A stretch of 64,000 nt of DNA from Paludibacter sp. (lineage in GTDB: Bacteria > Bacteroidota > Bacteroidia > Bacteroidales > Paludibacteraceae): contig NZ_WASO01000009.1 in assembly GCF_009712605.1 (NCBI RefSeq), positions 143,990-207,989 on the forward strand, in the 5' to 3' direction. This document shows, in pieces, positions 42,018-53,230 of this stretch. The notes beneath the pieces were generated by a model. The model had not been told where the DNA came from. It saw nothing but the letters and a program-made list of their open reading frames with translations, and made no database searches. The translations under genes were made by a program, and so were the position numbers. Within the stretch, counting starts at the first letter, position 1. Every line of letters begins with the position of its first letter.

Positions 42018-42213
42018 AAAAACTAGGTTTGAATTCGGCTGTAAAGATAGTACATTTTTAGATGCTCTCAATAAAATAAGCTCACTTTTACTTTCCCGAC
42101 ACTCTTTGTTGTTCCAATTTTTTGGCCTATATTTGCCTCCGTCTTCAGGCAATATCCATGCAACAAATACACAGCATGATAAATACTGAAGACCGCTTCA
42201 AATCGTTGTAAAA

Positions 42214-43962
42214 ATGGAGAATTTTATCGTTTCGGCCAGAAAATATCGCCCTGCCACATTTATGTCGGTAGTGGGTCAGTCTGCGTTAACCGCAACGCTC
42301 AAAAACGCCATCAGAAACAATCATTTGGCTCACGCTTACCTCTTCTGCGGACCCCGCGGAGTAGGCAAAACAACCTGTGCCCGTATTTTTGCAAAAACAA
42401 TCAACTGCGCACACCTGACGCCCGAATTTGAAGCTTGCAACGAATGCGAATCGTGCCGTGCCTTTAACGAGCAACGCTCCTATAATATTCACGAACTCGA
42501 TGCTGCTTCCAACAACTCGGTTGACGATATTCGTACGCTGATCGATCAGGTGCGCATACCGCCACAAATCGGACACTACAGCGTTTATATTATCGATGAG
42601 GTTCACATGCTATCGGCTTCGGCTTTCAACGCTTTTCTGAAAACGCTGGAAGAACCACCGGCTCACGCCATTTTCATTTTGGCCACCACCGAAAAGCATA
42701 AAATTTTACCGACCATTCTTTCCCGCTGTCAGATATACGACTTCAACCGCATCAGCGTAAACGATACGGTGGAACATTTGCAGCATGTAGCGAAAAAAGA
42801 AGGCATCAACGCCGAACCGCAAGCGCTGAATGTAATTGCTCAGAAAGCTGACGGTGGTATGCGCGATGCGCTTTCCATCTTCGACCAGGTGGTTAGTTTT
42901 TGCGGAAACGACATCACCTATCAGGCTGTAATCCAAAACCTGAATGTCCTCGATTACGATTATTATTTCAAGCTGACCGACGTTTTCCTCGAGAATAAGG
43001 TAAAGGAAGCGCTGCTCATCTTCAACGAAATTCTGAATAAAGGCTTCGACGCCCACAATTTCGTAGGAGGCCTTAGTTCTCATTTGCGGGATGTGCTCAT
43101 GTGCAAAGACCCCGAAACAGTACAACTGCTCGAAGTGGCTGATTCGGTAAAAGAATCATACGCCTCGCAGGCACAGAAGTGCCCCAACGATTTCCTCTAT
43201 TCGGCGCTGGCAGTCATAAACGACTGCGACATGAATTTCAGGCTCAGCCGAAACAAGCGATTACTTACTGAACTCACTCTTATCCGTCTCTGCCAATTGA
43301 CGGACAAAAAAAAAAATGAGTTAAACGAAGATTTCGCACTACCTCCAATCGAACTTATCCCGGAAATGCATCTTGGGCAACCTGATGCACAACAAGCTAA
43401 TGCCGCTCCGATACAGAGAGCCGGTGCAACCATCGCACAACCGGTAGCCACAACATCGCAACCAGCCGCGCAACCGGCGAAGAAAAACATCGTTTCAGCA
43501 CCGCCTCCCATCAGCATTTCGATAACAAAACCGCCTGTAAAAAAAGAAGAAGCAGGCACTAGAACCACTGTCAGAAGCCAACAAACCGAGAAACAAGACA
43601 ACAGCTTCACTGTTGACTCACTCGAAAAAGCATGGAAACATTTTGCGACAGAAGTCATTCCGGAAAAGACTCATGCAAAAAACATCATGCTTAACAATCT
43701 GCCTACGACTGAAAGTAAGCACAAGCTAAAACTCGTTCTGGATCAGATTCTTCAGGAAAACTCCATGAACGAAGTGCTGTATGATTTAACGTCCTTTCTC
43801 CGACGGAATCTGATGAATGATTTTGTTGAACTGGAAATCATTGTCGACACCACGAAGGAAAACACCAAAGTAATGTCGCCTCAGGACAAATTCGCCAAAA
43901 TGGCAGAATCCAATCCTGCTTTGCTGCGTTTAAAAAAAGAATTCGGGTTGGAAATTGACTGA
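42214..43962 (+). CDS. dnaX: DNA polymerase III subunit gamma/tau
   Basis: Walker A GPRGVGKTT, a Zn-finger CNECESC, and an SRC motif are present. Confidence 0.85.
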   Translation: MENFIVSARKYRPATFMSVVGQSALTATLKNAIRNNHLAHAYLFCGPRGVGKTTCARIFAKTINCAHLTPEFEACNECESCRAFNEQRSYNIHELDAASNNSVDDIRTLIDQVRIPPQIGHYSVYIIDEVHMLSASAFNAFLKTLEEPPAHAIFILATTEKHKILPTILSRCQIYDFNRISVNDTVEHLQHVAKKEGINAEPQALNVIAQKADGGMRDALSIFDQVVSFCGNDITYQAVIQNLNVLDYDYYFKLTDVFLENKVKEALLIFNEILNKGFDAHNFVGGLSSHLRDVLMCKDPETVQLLEVADSVKESYASQAQKCPNDFLYSALAVINDCDMNFRLSRNKRLLTELTLIRLCQLTDKKKNELNEDFALPPIELIPEMHLGQPDAQQANAAPIQRAGATIAQPVATTSQPAAQPAKKNIVSAPPPISISITKPPVKKEEAGTRTTVRSQQTEKQDNSFTVDSLEKAWKHFATEVIPEKTHAKNIMLNNLPTTESKHKLKLVLDQILQENSMNEVLYDLTSFLRRNLMNDFVELEIIVDTTKENTKVMSPQDKFAKMAESNPALLRLKKEFGLEID

Positions 43963-44147
43963 TTCTTAGGACTGATCGGCCTTTTTAGCTTTTTTATCGT
44001 AGCACTTGAAATAAAATATGTACATTTGCATACTCGTTGTCACATTTCATTTTTCCTGTCAAAACGTTGTGCAGTTCGAGCAGCAAAACTGGGTGTAAAC
44101 TTGTAAACAAGAGCAACAACACAATTCTATTAATTTTAAAAATTCAA

Positions 44148-44738
44148 ATGAAGCGTATTTTCTTGCTTTTCTTTGCTTTGGGTTTCATTGCTTGTTTGGC
44201 TCAGGCACAAACAACTCCGAAAATCTACTCCCGTTGGAGTGGTCGTGTTATTATATGTAGCGACCCACAAAGCATCTATAAATCTTACCAGTGGTATGCC
44301 GATTCACTTTCTTCGGTAGGAATCGATTTAACCAAAACGAAACCGACTCAATTTGGCCCAATAAAAGGAGCTACTTCTCAATATTACTCCAAAAACGGAC
44401 AAGGATTGTATGGCTATTATTATGTAGTTGCAAAGTTGGCCGACGGCACCAGTGTCACCTCAGACACTATTGCACTTCACGTAAGCCAATCAGCATCAAA
44501 AGTGTCTATTGCCCCCAATCCGGTTTCAAAAAGCAGTGCTCTTAATGTTGAAACAATCTCACCTGATATTCAGTTAGCTAAAGTTCAAATTTACACTATG
44601 AGTGGAATAATGGTGCGTCAGTACACAACCACAGACGCAAGTGCTGCCATTGAAGCTCCATCAGCTACAGGTTGTTATATGGTACGTATTCAACTTGCCG
44701 ATGGTAGCACATCAACACAAAAGCTGTTTGTAAAATAA
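44148..44738 (+). CDS. Secreted protein with a T9SS C-terminal sorting domain
   Basis: A signal peptide is present. The C-terminal ~80 aa (VSIAPNPVSKSSALNV...CYMVRIQLADGSTSTQKLFVK) matches the Por secretion CTD. Confidence 0.55.
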   Translation: MKRIFLLFFALGFIACLAQAQTTPKIYSRWSGRVIICSDPQSIYKSYQWYADSLSSVGIDLTKTKPTQFGPIKGATSQYYSKNGQGLYGYYYVVAKLADGTSVTSDTIALHVSQSASKVSIAPNPVSKSSALNVETISPDIQLAKVQIYTMSGIMVRQYTTTDASAAIEAPSATGCYMVRIQLADGSTSTQKLFVK

Positions 44739-44766
44739 ACCATTTATCCATTTTCTTATCAGACAA

Positions 44767-45711
44767 ATGAAAAAAACAGTCGTCTCTTTATTAGCAATAC
44801 TATTTTCCATTTCCATGTTTGCCCAAAAAGCCAATTTCAAAGGCTTTGAATTATATGGAACTGCAGCTACCGGCATGTTTGGAACTAACTACTGGCCTGC
44901 CAGCGGTTCTCAATTCAATGGTCCCGGTTTACGAGTAGGTATCGGCGGAGGATTTTTCATTACGCCGCACTGGGGACTAACTACAGGAATAAACGTCTCT
45001 ACCTACAGTGCATTTTCAAGCATTAAAGCCGGAACTGCATATTCTTATACAACCTACGATAGTGACGGACTGCCATATACAGAAAACATCAAAGTTGACA
45101 GCAAGATAAAGGAACAGGACATAATGTATCGGATCGAGTTTCCGTTTTTGTTGAACTACCGTTACTATCTTCCGTCAGGCAATGCGCTTTATGCTGCCGG
45201 AGGTATAACAATATCGCTCCCCATGGCCGGATATTACCATGTCAGCAACGGAGCTTTCACAACAACCGGAAAGTATGAGGATTTAAATGCCACATTATCC
45301 AATATGCCTTGGTTAGGTTTTACTTCCACAGACATCAGCGGCACTCATGGCATGATCCCTTCTAACAAGTCATACAATGCATCTCTTGAACTCGGATACT
45401 TATACCGCTTAAAGAAAACCACATATTTAACCGTTGGTATTTTTGGAGATTATGGATTAAAAGATTTACGCCGCACAGTGGGAGCTTCTTATCTGATTTA
45501 TCCTTCCTCTCAATATATTGGCATTCCGAATTCCGGAACTGTAAACTTTAACCGTTTAATGTCATTTGGAGTAAAAGCCGCATGGCATCTGAATATTTCA
45601 GGAGAACCGATGCCCAAAGGAAAGAAGAAAACATACGAACAACCACAAAAATCAGTTGATCCACCATCCTTCAACCACACAAAAGGCGGACACCAACGTA
45701 CTGGCAAATAA
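44767..45711 (+). CDS. Outer-membrane beta-barrel protein (OMP_b-brl family)
   Basis: A signal peptide is followed by alternating aromatic/Gly beta-strands. It ends with a Lys/Pro-rich tail. Confidence 0.5.
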   Translation: MKKTVVSLLAILFSISMFAQKANFKGFELYGTAATGMFGTNYWPASGSQFNGPGLRVGIGGGFFITPHWGLTTGINVSTYSAFSSIKAGTAYSYTTYDSDGLPYTENIKVDSKIKEQDIMYRIEFPFLLNYRYYLPSGNALYAAGGITISLPMAGYYHVSNGAFTTTGKYEDLNATLSNMPWLGFTSTDISGTHGMIPSNKSYNASLELGYLYRLKKTTYLTVGIFGDYGLKDLRRTVGASYLIYPSSQYIGIPNSGTVNFNRLMSFGVKAAWHLNISGEPMPKGKKKTYEQPQKSVDPPSFNHTKGGHQRTGK

Positions 45712-45774
45712 TAACTAAAATATTATAAATTCGTTCAGGTTGATACAAAATCAATCCTCTAGTCAATTTAAGAT

Positions 45775-46485
45775 ATGGGAAGAGCATTTGAATACAGAAA
45801 AGCACGTAAGATGAAAAGATGGGGCAATATGGCCCGCGTGTTTACAAAATTAGGTAAAGAAATTTCTATTGCAGTAAAAGCCGGTGGCCCTGAAGCGTCA
45901 AGCAATCCTCGCCTTCGCGCATTAATTCAAAATGCGAAAGCAGCGAATATGCCGAAAGAAAACGTAGAGCGCGCCATCAAAAAAGCTATTTCTAAAGATG
46001 AAGCCGACTACAAAGAAATGGTGTATGAAGGATATGCTCCTCATGGTATTGCCGTAGTAGTTGAAACAGCGACAGACAACCCAACAAGAACGGTAGCCAA
46101 CGTTCGCAGTTACTTCAACAAACTGGGCGGTTCTTTGGGTACAACCGGTAGCTTATCATTTTTATTCGACCGCAAGAGCGTTTTCAAAATCGTACCTAAA
46201 CCCGATCTTGACCTCGAAGAACTGGAACTGGAATTGATTGATTACGGTGTAGATGAAATATTTGCAGAAGAAAATGAGGTGATTCTGTACGGAGAATTTG
46301 AATCGTTCAACAAAATTCAAAAACATCTGGAAGAAAACGGATTCGAAATCATCAGTTCCGAGTTTGAACGAATTCCTAATGACACAAAAGAATTGGGAGA
46401 AGAAGAACAAGCTCAGGTAATGAAACTCATAGAAAGAATTGAAGAAGATGAAGACGTGCAAAACGTTTTCCACAACATGAAATAA
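45775..46485 (+). CDS. YebC/PmpR family transcriptional regulator
   Basis: GRAFEYRKARKMKRWGNMARVFTKLGKEISIAVKAGGP is the YebC N-terminus. Confidence 0.85.
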   Translation: MGRAFEYRKARKMKRWGNMARVFTKLGKEISIAVKAGGPEASSNPRLRALIQNAKAANMPKENVERAIKKAISKDEADYKEMVYEGYAPHGIAVVVETATDNPTRTVANVRSYFNKLGGSLGTTGSLSFLFDRKSVFKIVPKPDLDLEELELELIDYGVDEIFAEENEVILYGEFESFNKIQKHLEENGFEIISSEFERIPNDTKELGEEEQAQVMKLIERIEEDEDVQNVFHNMK

Positions 46486-46507
46486 TTTTCTTTCCAATTA
46501 TAATAAC

Positions 46508-46538
46508 AAAGCCCTTCGTGTTGACTCCGAAGGGCTTT
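46508..46538 (+). terminator. Hairpin terminator after the yebC-family gene
   Basis: AAAGCCCTTCG-TGTTGACTC-CGAAGGGCTTT followed by TATTCTT. Confidence 0.45.
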
Positions 46539-46550
46539 TATTCTTATGAT

Positions 46551-47384
46551 ATGCGACGTCTATTTCTTGTAATGATACTTGGATGTACTCTATGTTCATC
46601 ATTCAGCGCCGCCAGAATATCCCAGGATGAAATTTCACTGAAAGGGTTATTCGGACGACTCTACAAAGCACCGTCAGATTCTGTCAGAAGCATTCTGAAC
46701 GACTCGATATGCCATCAACTAAATACCACACTTCATAACGATTCTTCGTTTCAATACGCATTCGATTCGCTGGCATATCTAGGCAAGATATACTCCACAG
46801 ACCATCAGCTCAGAATCTATTCCTGGAATTACATTTCAGATGCCGGCGACTATCGTTTCTTCTCCTATTTTCAGTTCGCTACAAAGAAACTCATTCAACT
46901 CGTTCAGAAACGTCCGTGTTATCTGCCTGACGAAGATAAAGCCACAACAGCAAATAATTGGTATGGAGCGCTTTACTACAATGCGATTCCCATCAACCAT
47001 GGCAATCAGATTCAATATATTTTATTAGGATGGTCGCACCTGTCTGAATCCGAGAATTTCAAAATAATAGATGTGCTTTCTCTCAAAGACAGTACAATCG
47101 AGTTTGGAGCTCCCATATTTAATACAGAAAGCCGGTATAGAATTGCAATGCCCTACTCTTCCTCTCATTCATTAGCATTGCAATATGATGCCAAACGCAG
47201 CCTCTTTATCTTTAATCACCTGCATGAAGAGAGCAATAAAAACAACAAGATACCGGATGAATCGTTCTCCGGATATCAGCTCGTGAATAACAAACTAATC
47301 TACAAAGAAGAGGTAACATTCGACCACAAAGAAGAAAGTCCACCCCGAACAAAAGTTGAATATGGTCTTGAACCCAACAAATAA
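46551..47384 (+). CDS. Hypothetical secreted protein
   Basis: The ORF has a signal peptide, MRRLFLVMILGCTLCSSFSAA. No recognisable domain was found. Confidence 0.4.
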   Translation: MRRLFLVMILGCTLCSSFSAARISQDEISLKGLFGRLYKAPSDSVRSILNDSICHQLNTTLHNDSSFQYAFDSLAYLGKIYSTDHQLRIYSWNYISDAGDYRFFSYFQFATKKLIQLVQKRPCYLPDEDKATTANNWYGALYYNAIPINHGNQIQYILLGWSHLSESENFKIIDVLSLKDSTIEFGAPIFNTESRYRIAMPYSSSHSLALQYDAKRSLFIFNHLHEESNKNNKIPDESFSGYQLVNNKLIYKEEVTFDHKEESPPRTKVEYGLEPNK

Positions 47385-47409
47385 TTCGAAGTAATTTACG
47401 CGCTGTCTC

Positions 47410-47441
47410 TTTGGAAATTACAAGAAAATAACTTACCTTTG
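47410..47441 (+). promoter_or_regulatory. Putative rplS promoter: -33 TTTG (47410-47413) and -7 TACCTTTG (47434-47441)
   Basis: It matches the Bacteroidetes consensus with a 20-bp spacer. An ~80-nt leader follows. Confidence 0.4.
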
Positions 47442-47524
47442 CAGCTCATTTGGTCGCAATCGCTGGCAGAAGAGAGAGAACTGTTATGTTGCGTACTAAG
47501 TCTAAATTAATTAATTGAAAAACA

Positions 47525-47872
47525 ATGGATTTAGTTAAAGTTGCAGAACAAGCTTTCGCCCTTGAGCGTAGCCTTCCTGCTTTCAAAAGTGGTGATACAA
47601 TCACTGTTGCTTATCGTATTATTGAAGGAAACAAAGAACGTATCCAGCAGTACAGAGGTGTGGTAATCAAAATCACAGGATCTGGCGACAAAAAACGTTT
47701 TACTGTTCGTAAAATGTCTGACAATGTTGGTGTTGAACGTATCTTCCCAATGGATTCTCCATTTATCGACAGCATCACAGTGAACAAAGTTGGTAAAGTT
47801 CGCAGAGCAAAATTATACTACTTGCGTGCACTTACCGGCAAAAAAGCCCGTATCAAAGAAAAACGTGTTTGA
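47525..47872 (+). CDS. rplS: 50S ribosomal protein L19
   Basis: [29 protein letters not shown] is the L19 signature. Confidence 0.9.
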   Translation: MDLVKVAEQAFALERSLPAFKSGDTITVAYRIIEGNKERIQQYRGVVIKITGSGDKKRFTVRKMSDNVGVERIFPMDSPFIDSITVNKVGKVRRAKLYYLRALTGKKARIKEKRV

Positions 47873-47951
47873 TTTGTTTTTCAAGCAATCAACTATAAAA
47901 AGGAAGCTCAAAGCGAGTTTCCTTTTTTTGATTGAGGACTTCCGAACAGCT

Positions 47952-48680
47952 ATGAACTTAATTATTGATCAGGGCAATAGCGCTGTAAAGATTGCTATAT
48001 TTGAGCAAGACAGACTACTCGTGGTTGAAAGATATCCGCTTTTAACTGCAGAAATTGTGGCTGATTTTTTGAGTCGGTTTCCGGTGAAAGCAATCATCCT
48101 GTGCTCTGTCATTTCCATTGATCTGCATACGAGACAATATTTACAAAATCTTCCCGTATACTTTACGGAACTCACACACCACACACCTCTTCCCATTCAA
48201 AATGAATATGAAACTCCCGAAACATTGGGAAAAGACCGAATTGCAGCTGCTGTTGGTGCCAATTGGTTACTTCCAAACGCCAATCTGCTTATAATTGATG
48301 CAGGAACAGCAATCACTTACGATATTGTTTCTTCTGAAAATACATTTCTGGGCGGAACCATTTCGCCGGGAGCAAAAATAAGGTTTAGAGCTTTGCATGA
48401 ATTTACCGGCAAATTACCTTTGGTAGAAGAAAAAACAACCGATTTGTTGATCGGCAGAAATACAATTGAAGCAATTACTGCCGGAGTTATGCAAGGCATT
48501 GAATTTGAAATAGAAGGGTACATAACTTTGTTTATGCAAAAGTATTCAAACCTTTCAGTTTTTTTAACTGGTAGAGGCTCAATTCCTTTTGTGGCAAAGC
48601 TAAAAAACCCCATCTTTGTAGAGTTAAACTTAGTATTGATAGGACTTAACCGCATATTAACTTATAATGTACAGCTATAG
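47952..48680 (+). CDS. coaX: Type III pantothenate kinase
   Basis: MNLIIDQGNSAVKIAIF and IIDAGTAITYD match the Bvg accessory factor family. Confidence 0.8.
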   Translation: MNLIIDQGNSAVKIAIFEQDRLLVVERYPLLTAEIVADFLSRFPVKAIILCSVISIDLHTRQYLQNLPVYFTELTHHTPLPIQNEYETPETLGKDRIAAAVGANWLLPNANLLIIDAGTAITYDIVSSENTFLGGTISPGAKIRFRALHEFTGKLPLVEEKTTDLLIGRNTIEAITAGVMQGIEFEIEGYITLFMQKYSNLSVFLTGRGSIPFVAKLKNPIFVELNLVLIGLNRILTYNVQL

Positions 48681-49926
48681 AATTGTTTGCGCACTTGTTG
48701 CCTTAACCATTGGTGTTGCCGTCATGGCACAGAACAACACGAATTCACCTTATACCCGTTATGGACTTGGAGAATTGCGAGAACCCGGCTTCGGTCGTAG
48801 TCAGGCAATGGGTGGAATTGGTTTCGGAGTAAGAGATCACGCTTCAATCAACCCTGCAAACCCGGCTTCATACAGCGCTATCGACTCTATGACGTTTCTG
48901 TTTGATCTTGGCATTTCCGGTTTAGCCTCACATTTCAATGACGCCACAGGAAGTCGCAATACCCACAATGGAAACTTGGATTATCTGGCAATGCAAATGC
49001 CGTTAAGCAAATTTATGGGTGCAAGCATCGGCATCATTCCTTATTCTTTTACAGGTTACGACTATTCATTAACCGGAACAACCAAAATTAACGGCCTTTC
49101 CGATACAATTAACTATGCTCAACAATACAAGGGCACTGGCGGTATTTCTCAAATTTACGGTGGATTATCGTTTCGTTTATTCAACCATATATCCCTCGGG
49201 GCAAATGCCATTTATCTTTTCGGAAGTAACTCTTACAACAGAGCTTTTAGTATCGTTGATATATCCAACACATCACTTACAACTCATTCAACCTCTGAAA
49301 AGATCAACATAGACGTCAGCTCTTTCAATGTTCGACTTGGAGCTCAAGTTTTTGGGAAAATCTCAAAAAAAGGATATTTAACCGTTGGTGCAATGTTCGA
49401 ACCCAAAATGAACTTACACGGGACATATGACAAGTTGATTCTGGGAGTCGACAGCACGAAAGACGCACTCACTTCAAATGTTTTTGAAACTCCCATGCAA
49501 TTTGGGGTCGGAACAAGTTATACCTATGACAACCGCTTAACCTTGGGCGCCGATTTCTTGTATCAAAAATGGGGTGACGCAAAATATTTTGGCCAGACCG
49601 GAGCATTGAAAAACCGAACTAAAATATCTGTCGGTGGTGAATACATCGATAATCCCTATGGAAAAACTTATTTCCAGCGTATGAGTTTCAGGTTCGGAGC
49701 TTATTATTCTGACTCATACATCAATGTTAACGGATATACACCCAGCCAAATGGCTGTAACCTGTGGCTTTGGATTTCCTTTGCGTTCTTCAAAAAGCATG
49801 ATTAACACATCTTTTGAGTATGGTATTAAAGGAAAAGCGACAGACACTTCAATAAAAGAAAATTATTTCAGATTTACATTGGGTCTTTCACTTAATGAAA
49901 TCTGGTTCTTTAAACGCAAACTTTAA
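48667..49926 (+). CDS. Putative outer-membrane beta-barrel protein, conserved upstream of lptC in Bacteroidetes
   Basis: A signal peptide is followed by aromatic-rich beta-strand periodicity. It ends ...WFFKRKL. Confidence 0.4.
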   Translation: MYSYRIVCALVALTIGVAVMAQNNTNSPYTRYGLGELREPGFGRSQAMGGIGFGVRDHASINPANPASYSAIDSMTFLFDLGISGLASHFNDATGSRNTHNGNLDYLAMQMPLSKFMGASIGIIPYSFTGYDYSLTGTTKINGLSDTINYAQQYKGTGGISQIYGGLSFRLFNHISLGANAIYLFGSNSYNRAFSIVDISNTSLTTHSTSEKINIDVSSFNVRLGAQVFGKISKKGYLTVGAMFEPKMNLHGTYDKLILGVDSTKDALTSNVFETPMQFGVGTSYTYDNRLTLGADFLYQKWGDAKYFGQTGALKNRTKISVGGEYIDNPYGKTYFQRMSFRFGAYYSDSYINVNGYTPSQMAVTCGFGFPLRSSKSMINTSFEYGIKGKATDTSIKENYFRFTLGLSLNEIWFFKRKL

Positions 49927-49948
49927 TTGGAATAAGCGGGTCGCATAA

Positions 49949-50527
49949 ATGTATAAACCACATATAAAATACAACATCAAATGCTTAACAATCGTCCTTG
50001 GGGCGGTTGTTTTGTGCTTTTGTACAGGATGCAAAAAAACGGACTCTGAGATCCCCGTAAAACCTATTGACAGAACCAAACTACCGAGAATGTATGCTGA
50101 AAATGTAACCACGTTGATTTCCGACTCGGGAATTACGAGATACAGAATCACAACACCAGTTTGGTATATTTACGACAAATCATCGGAACCATACTGGGCT
50201 TTCCCAAAAGGCGTTCACTTACAACGATTTGATCCGTCATTCCACGTTGATGCTGAAATCACCTGCAAAAAAGCCTATTATTATCAGGTACGCCAGCTTT
50301 GGCGACTGGACGGTAAAGTCCGGATGATTAATTTGCAGGGAGATATGTTTGAAAGCGAACAGGTATACTGGAACCAGCGGGATCAAAAAATCTATTCCGA
50401 TTCCCTTATCAAAATCACGCAACGCACAAAGATTATTACCGGATTAGGGTTTGAGTCCAACCAGACTCTAACGCAATATGCCATTAAAAAACCGCAGGGT
50501 ATTATTCCGGTCAGCCCTGCAATGTAG
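49949..50527 (+). CDS. LptC-like LPS export periplasmic lipoprotein
   Basis: A lipobox CFCTGC is present. The size and the position before the gldE/hlyC homolog fit an LptC-like gene. Confidence 0.45.
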   Translation: MYKPHIKYNIKCLTIVLGAVVLCFCTGCKKTDSEIPVKPIDRTKLPRMYAENVTTLISDSGITRYRITTPVWYIYDKSSEPYWAFPKGVHLQRFDPSFHVDAEITCKKAYYYQVRQLWRLDGKVRMINLQGDMFESEQVYWNQRDQKIYSDSLIKITQRTKIITGLGFESNQTLTQYAIKKPQGIIPVSPAM

Positions 50528-50534
50528 GTCATAA

Positions 50535-51788
50535 ATGGAAATTTACCTTATAATAATTATCTCATTGCTATTTTCCGCCTTCTTTTCGGGAATGGAAATA
50601 GCCTATATATCTTCCAACAAACTGAGATTTGAACTGGAAAAAAGTCAGAGTCATGCAACCGACTTTTTCCTTTCCATTTTTTATCGATATCCCGAACAGT
50701 TCATCACAACCACCTTAGTTGGCAATAACATTGCATTAGTCATTTTCAGTATCATGACTGCTCAGCTAATGCACCCTCTTTTGCTTACAGTCACTAGTAG
50801 CGACCTTTTCATTACATTAATTGAAACTGCATTAGCTACTGCTTTTATCTTATTGGCCGGAGAATATATTCCGAAGATTATCTTTCGCTCAAATCCAAAT
50901 CTCTGGTTACGCATATTCTCTCCATTATTCTTCCTGTTTTACATTGTCCTCTACCCTATTTCTAAAATCAGTGTTTGGGTCTCCATTTTCCTGCTTCGAA
51001 CAGTGGGTGTAAAAGTGAATTCGAAGCATCATCATGTATTCTCGCGCATAGACTTAGACCATTTGATTCAGGAAAGCATAGATCATCAGGATGACGAGCA
51101 AGATTTGGATACCGAAGTGAAAATTTTCCAGAACGCACTGGATTTCTCCTCCGTTAAGCTGCGGGATTGTATGGTGCCCCGTACCGAAATTGTTGCAATT
51201 GATGAAGCTGAAGCATCGTTACAGCAGCTAAAGCAACTCTTTATTGAAACCGGGCATTCAAAAATCCTGATTTACAAAAACAATATCGATTCTATTATTG
51301 GATCTATCCATTCATCGGAAATGCTGCGCCATCCGGATTCCTGGACAGAACATGTTAATGACGTACCTATTGTCCCGGAAACTATGCAAGCTAATAAACT
51401 GATGAAGCTATTCAACCAGCAAAAAAAGAGTATTGCCGTAGTGGTGGATGAATATGGCGGAACTGCCGGAATTGTAACCCTGGAAGATATTCTTGAAGAA
51501 ATATTTGGAGAAATAGAAGACGAACATGACCGTAGTGGGCTGATCGCCAAGAAACTTGAAAACGGGGACTATGTTCTTTCCGGAAGAATGGAAATTGATC
51601 AGGTTAACGAGCTTTTTGACCTCGGGATTCCCGAATCTGATGAATACAGCACGATAGCCGGTTTTATATTAAGCCACTATCAGAACCTGCCAAAAGCTAA
51701 CGAAACAATAAAAGTTATGCATTTTACATTCCGGATCCTCAAAGTAGAAAACAACAGGATCGACCTTGTAAAACTGACGCTTAATTGA
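50535..51788 (+). CDS. GldE / CorC-HlyC family protein (DUF21 + CBS pair + transporter-associated domain)
   Basis: The N-terminal TM DUF21 region, tandem CBS motifs and the C-terminal CorC_HlyC domain are present. Confidence 0.75.
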   Translation: MEIYLIIIISLLFSAFFSGMEIAYISSNKLRFELEKSQSHATDFFLSIFYRYPEQFITTTLVGNNIALVIFSIMTAQLMHPLLLTVTSSDLFITLIETALATAFILLAGEYIPKIIFRSNPNLWLRIFSPLFFLFYIVLYPISKISVWVSIFLLRTVGVKVNSKHHHVFSRIDLDHLIQESIDHQDDEQDLDTEVKIFQNALDFSSVKLRDCMVPRTEIVAIDEAEASLQQLKQLFIETGHSKILIYKNNIDSIIGSIHSSEMLRHPDSWTEHVNDVPIVPETMQANKLMKLFNQQKKSIAVVVDEYGGTAGIVTLEDILEEIFGEIEDEHDRSGLIAKKLENGDYVLSGRMEIDQVNELFDLGIPESDEYSTIAGFILSHYQNLPKANETIKVMHFTFRILKVENNRIDLVKLTLN

Positions 51789-52326
51789 CTTTCTTAGTAA
51801 ACAGGGAAAAATTCACATTGCCATACTGGCGATGTTCCAGAAAATTCGGTTCCTGACTAAAGTCCTGCTTTGCCGAATGTTCAAGAATAAATATTCCATC
51901 CTCGCTTAACAGATTACCCTGCAACACTAAAGCCGGCAATTGAGGCAATTCTTTCATTTCATAGGGAGGATCTGCAAATATCACATCAAATTGCTCTTTT
52001 CCCTGCTGAATATAGCGAAACACATTCATTTTAATCGGATAAACGACTTTCGTCAGCCCCAACTCCTGTCTGATTTTATGTATAAAATCAAGATGCTTAT
52101 CGCTCATCTCAACACTCACAACCCGTTTTACTCCTCTGGAAGCAAATTCGTAACTGATGCTCCCCGTTCCTGCAAAGAGATCAAGAACAACACAATCCTC
52201 AAAACTAATGTAGTTATTCAGGACATTAAATAAAGCTTCTTTGGCAAAATCCGTTGTAGGACGTGCCGTAATGTGGGTTGGCGGGCTAAACCGACGACCT
52301 TTGAATTTTCCGCTTACAATTCGCAT
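51781..52326 (-). CDS. rsmD: 16S rRNA (guanine966-N2)-methyltransferase
   Basis: GKFKGRRF, LDLFAGTGS and FADPPY are present. Confidence 0.8.
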   Translation of the reverse strand: MRIVSGKFKGRRFSPPTHITARPTTDFAKEALFNVLNNYISFEDCVVLDLFAGTGSISYEFASRGVKRVVSVEMSDKHLDFIHKIRQELGLTKVVYPIKMNVFRYIQQGKEQFDVIFADPPYEMKELPQLPALVLQGNLLSEDGIFILEHSAKQDFSQEPNFLEHRQYGNVNFSLFTKKVN

Positions 52327-53141
52327 ATAGGAAGATAAAACAAGTCTGTAAATATTTCTTTGGCTTCTGCCTTTATTTCCGGAGTCAATTGAAACATATC
52401 AGGCAAAGGAAGTAAATTCAGCTTTGCAAAATGTTGTTTCAGAGCAACAATCCGTTCGTCCAGTAAATTATCGACTCCCTGAAAATAAATACGCACTTTA
52501 GAGGTCTGGAAACCAAACTGTTCACAAAGACGCAAAAGCCAATAAACAATATCATCACAAGTCTTAATCGCAAAATAGTTGGACAGGATCAATTTTCCAT
52601 TATCAAACACACATACATACAAATGATTATCTGTGATGCGTATTCCCATAGTAGGGTTCGAATCAACCGATCGAGACAAATTTGCAGCTGCAATCAGCAT
52701 TGCAGAAGAATTATGAATAAGATTTGCCTTGGGAAAATAAGGAGCAATAAATGATTTGAAAGAAGGAGCAACAGCAAAAAGATTCACCATTGACAAAGAG
52801 GGAATAAACTGCTCAATCACTTCATGTTCCTCATTGAATTCGGCTGTAAATGCCAATAAATTCCGTTTATTTTCCTGTCGGAATAAAGCCGTGGGAATCA
52901 TCAGACTCGGCTGTGCGTCAAGGGCCATAGAAACACGAGAGAAAGGAATAGCAGATAGCTCATCAAATAATTCGATGGTTTTTGTCAAAGAGATATGACT
53001 AACTCTCTTGATACCAACAAACAACTTTAAAGTGTCGTCCAGAATAACAAACGAGCAATCATTATCGCTAAGGTATAGCCATAAACTATAGCGATTAGCT
53101 TGTTGAAGCCTGAATTCGTCTGAAATAATTTCAATATCCAT
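52314..53141 (-). CDS. DUF3822-family hypothetical protein
   Basis: It is a conserved Bacteroidetes gene downstream of rsmD. No catalytic motifs were recognised. Confidence 0.45.
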   Translation of the reverse strand: MDIEIISDEFRLQQANRYSLWLYLSDNDCSFVILDDTLKLFVGIKRVSHISLTKTIELFDELSAIPFSRVSMALDAQPSLMIPTALFRQENKRNLLAFTAEFNEEHEVIEQFIPSLSMVNLFAVAPSFKSFIAPYFPKANLIHNSSAMLIAAANLSRSVDSNPTMGIRITDNHLYVCVFDNGKLILSNYFAIKTCDDIVYWLLRLCEQFGFQTSKVRIYFQGVDNLLDERIVALKQHFAKLNLLPLPDMFQLTPEIKAEAKEIFTDLFYLPICEL

Positions 53142-53230
53142 TGTACTTTTCTTCTTAGGTCTGTTGATCCCTTTCTTTCACAAAAGTACAAAAATATCTT
53201 CATTCCGAAGAACATCTCTCTGACGACATA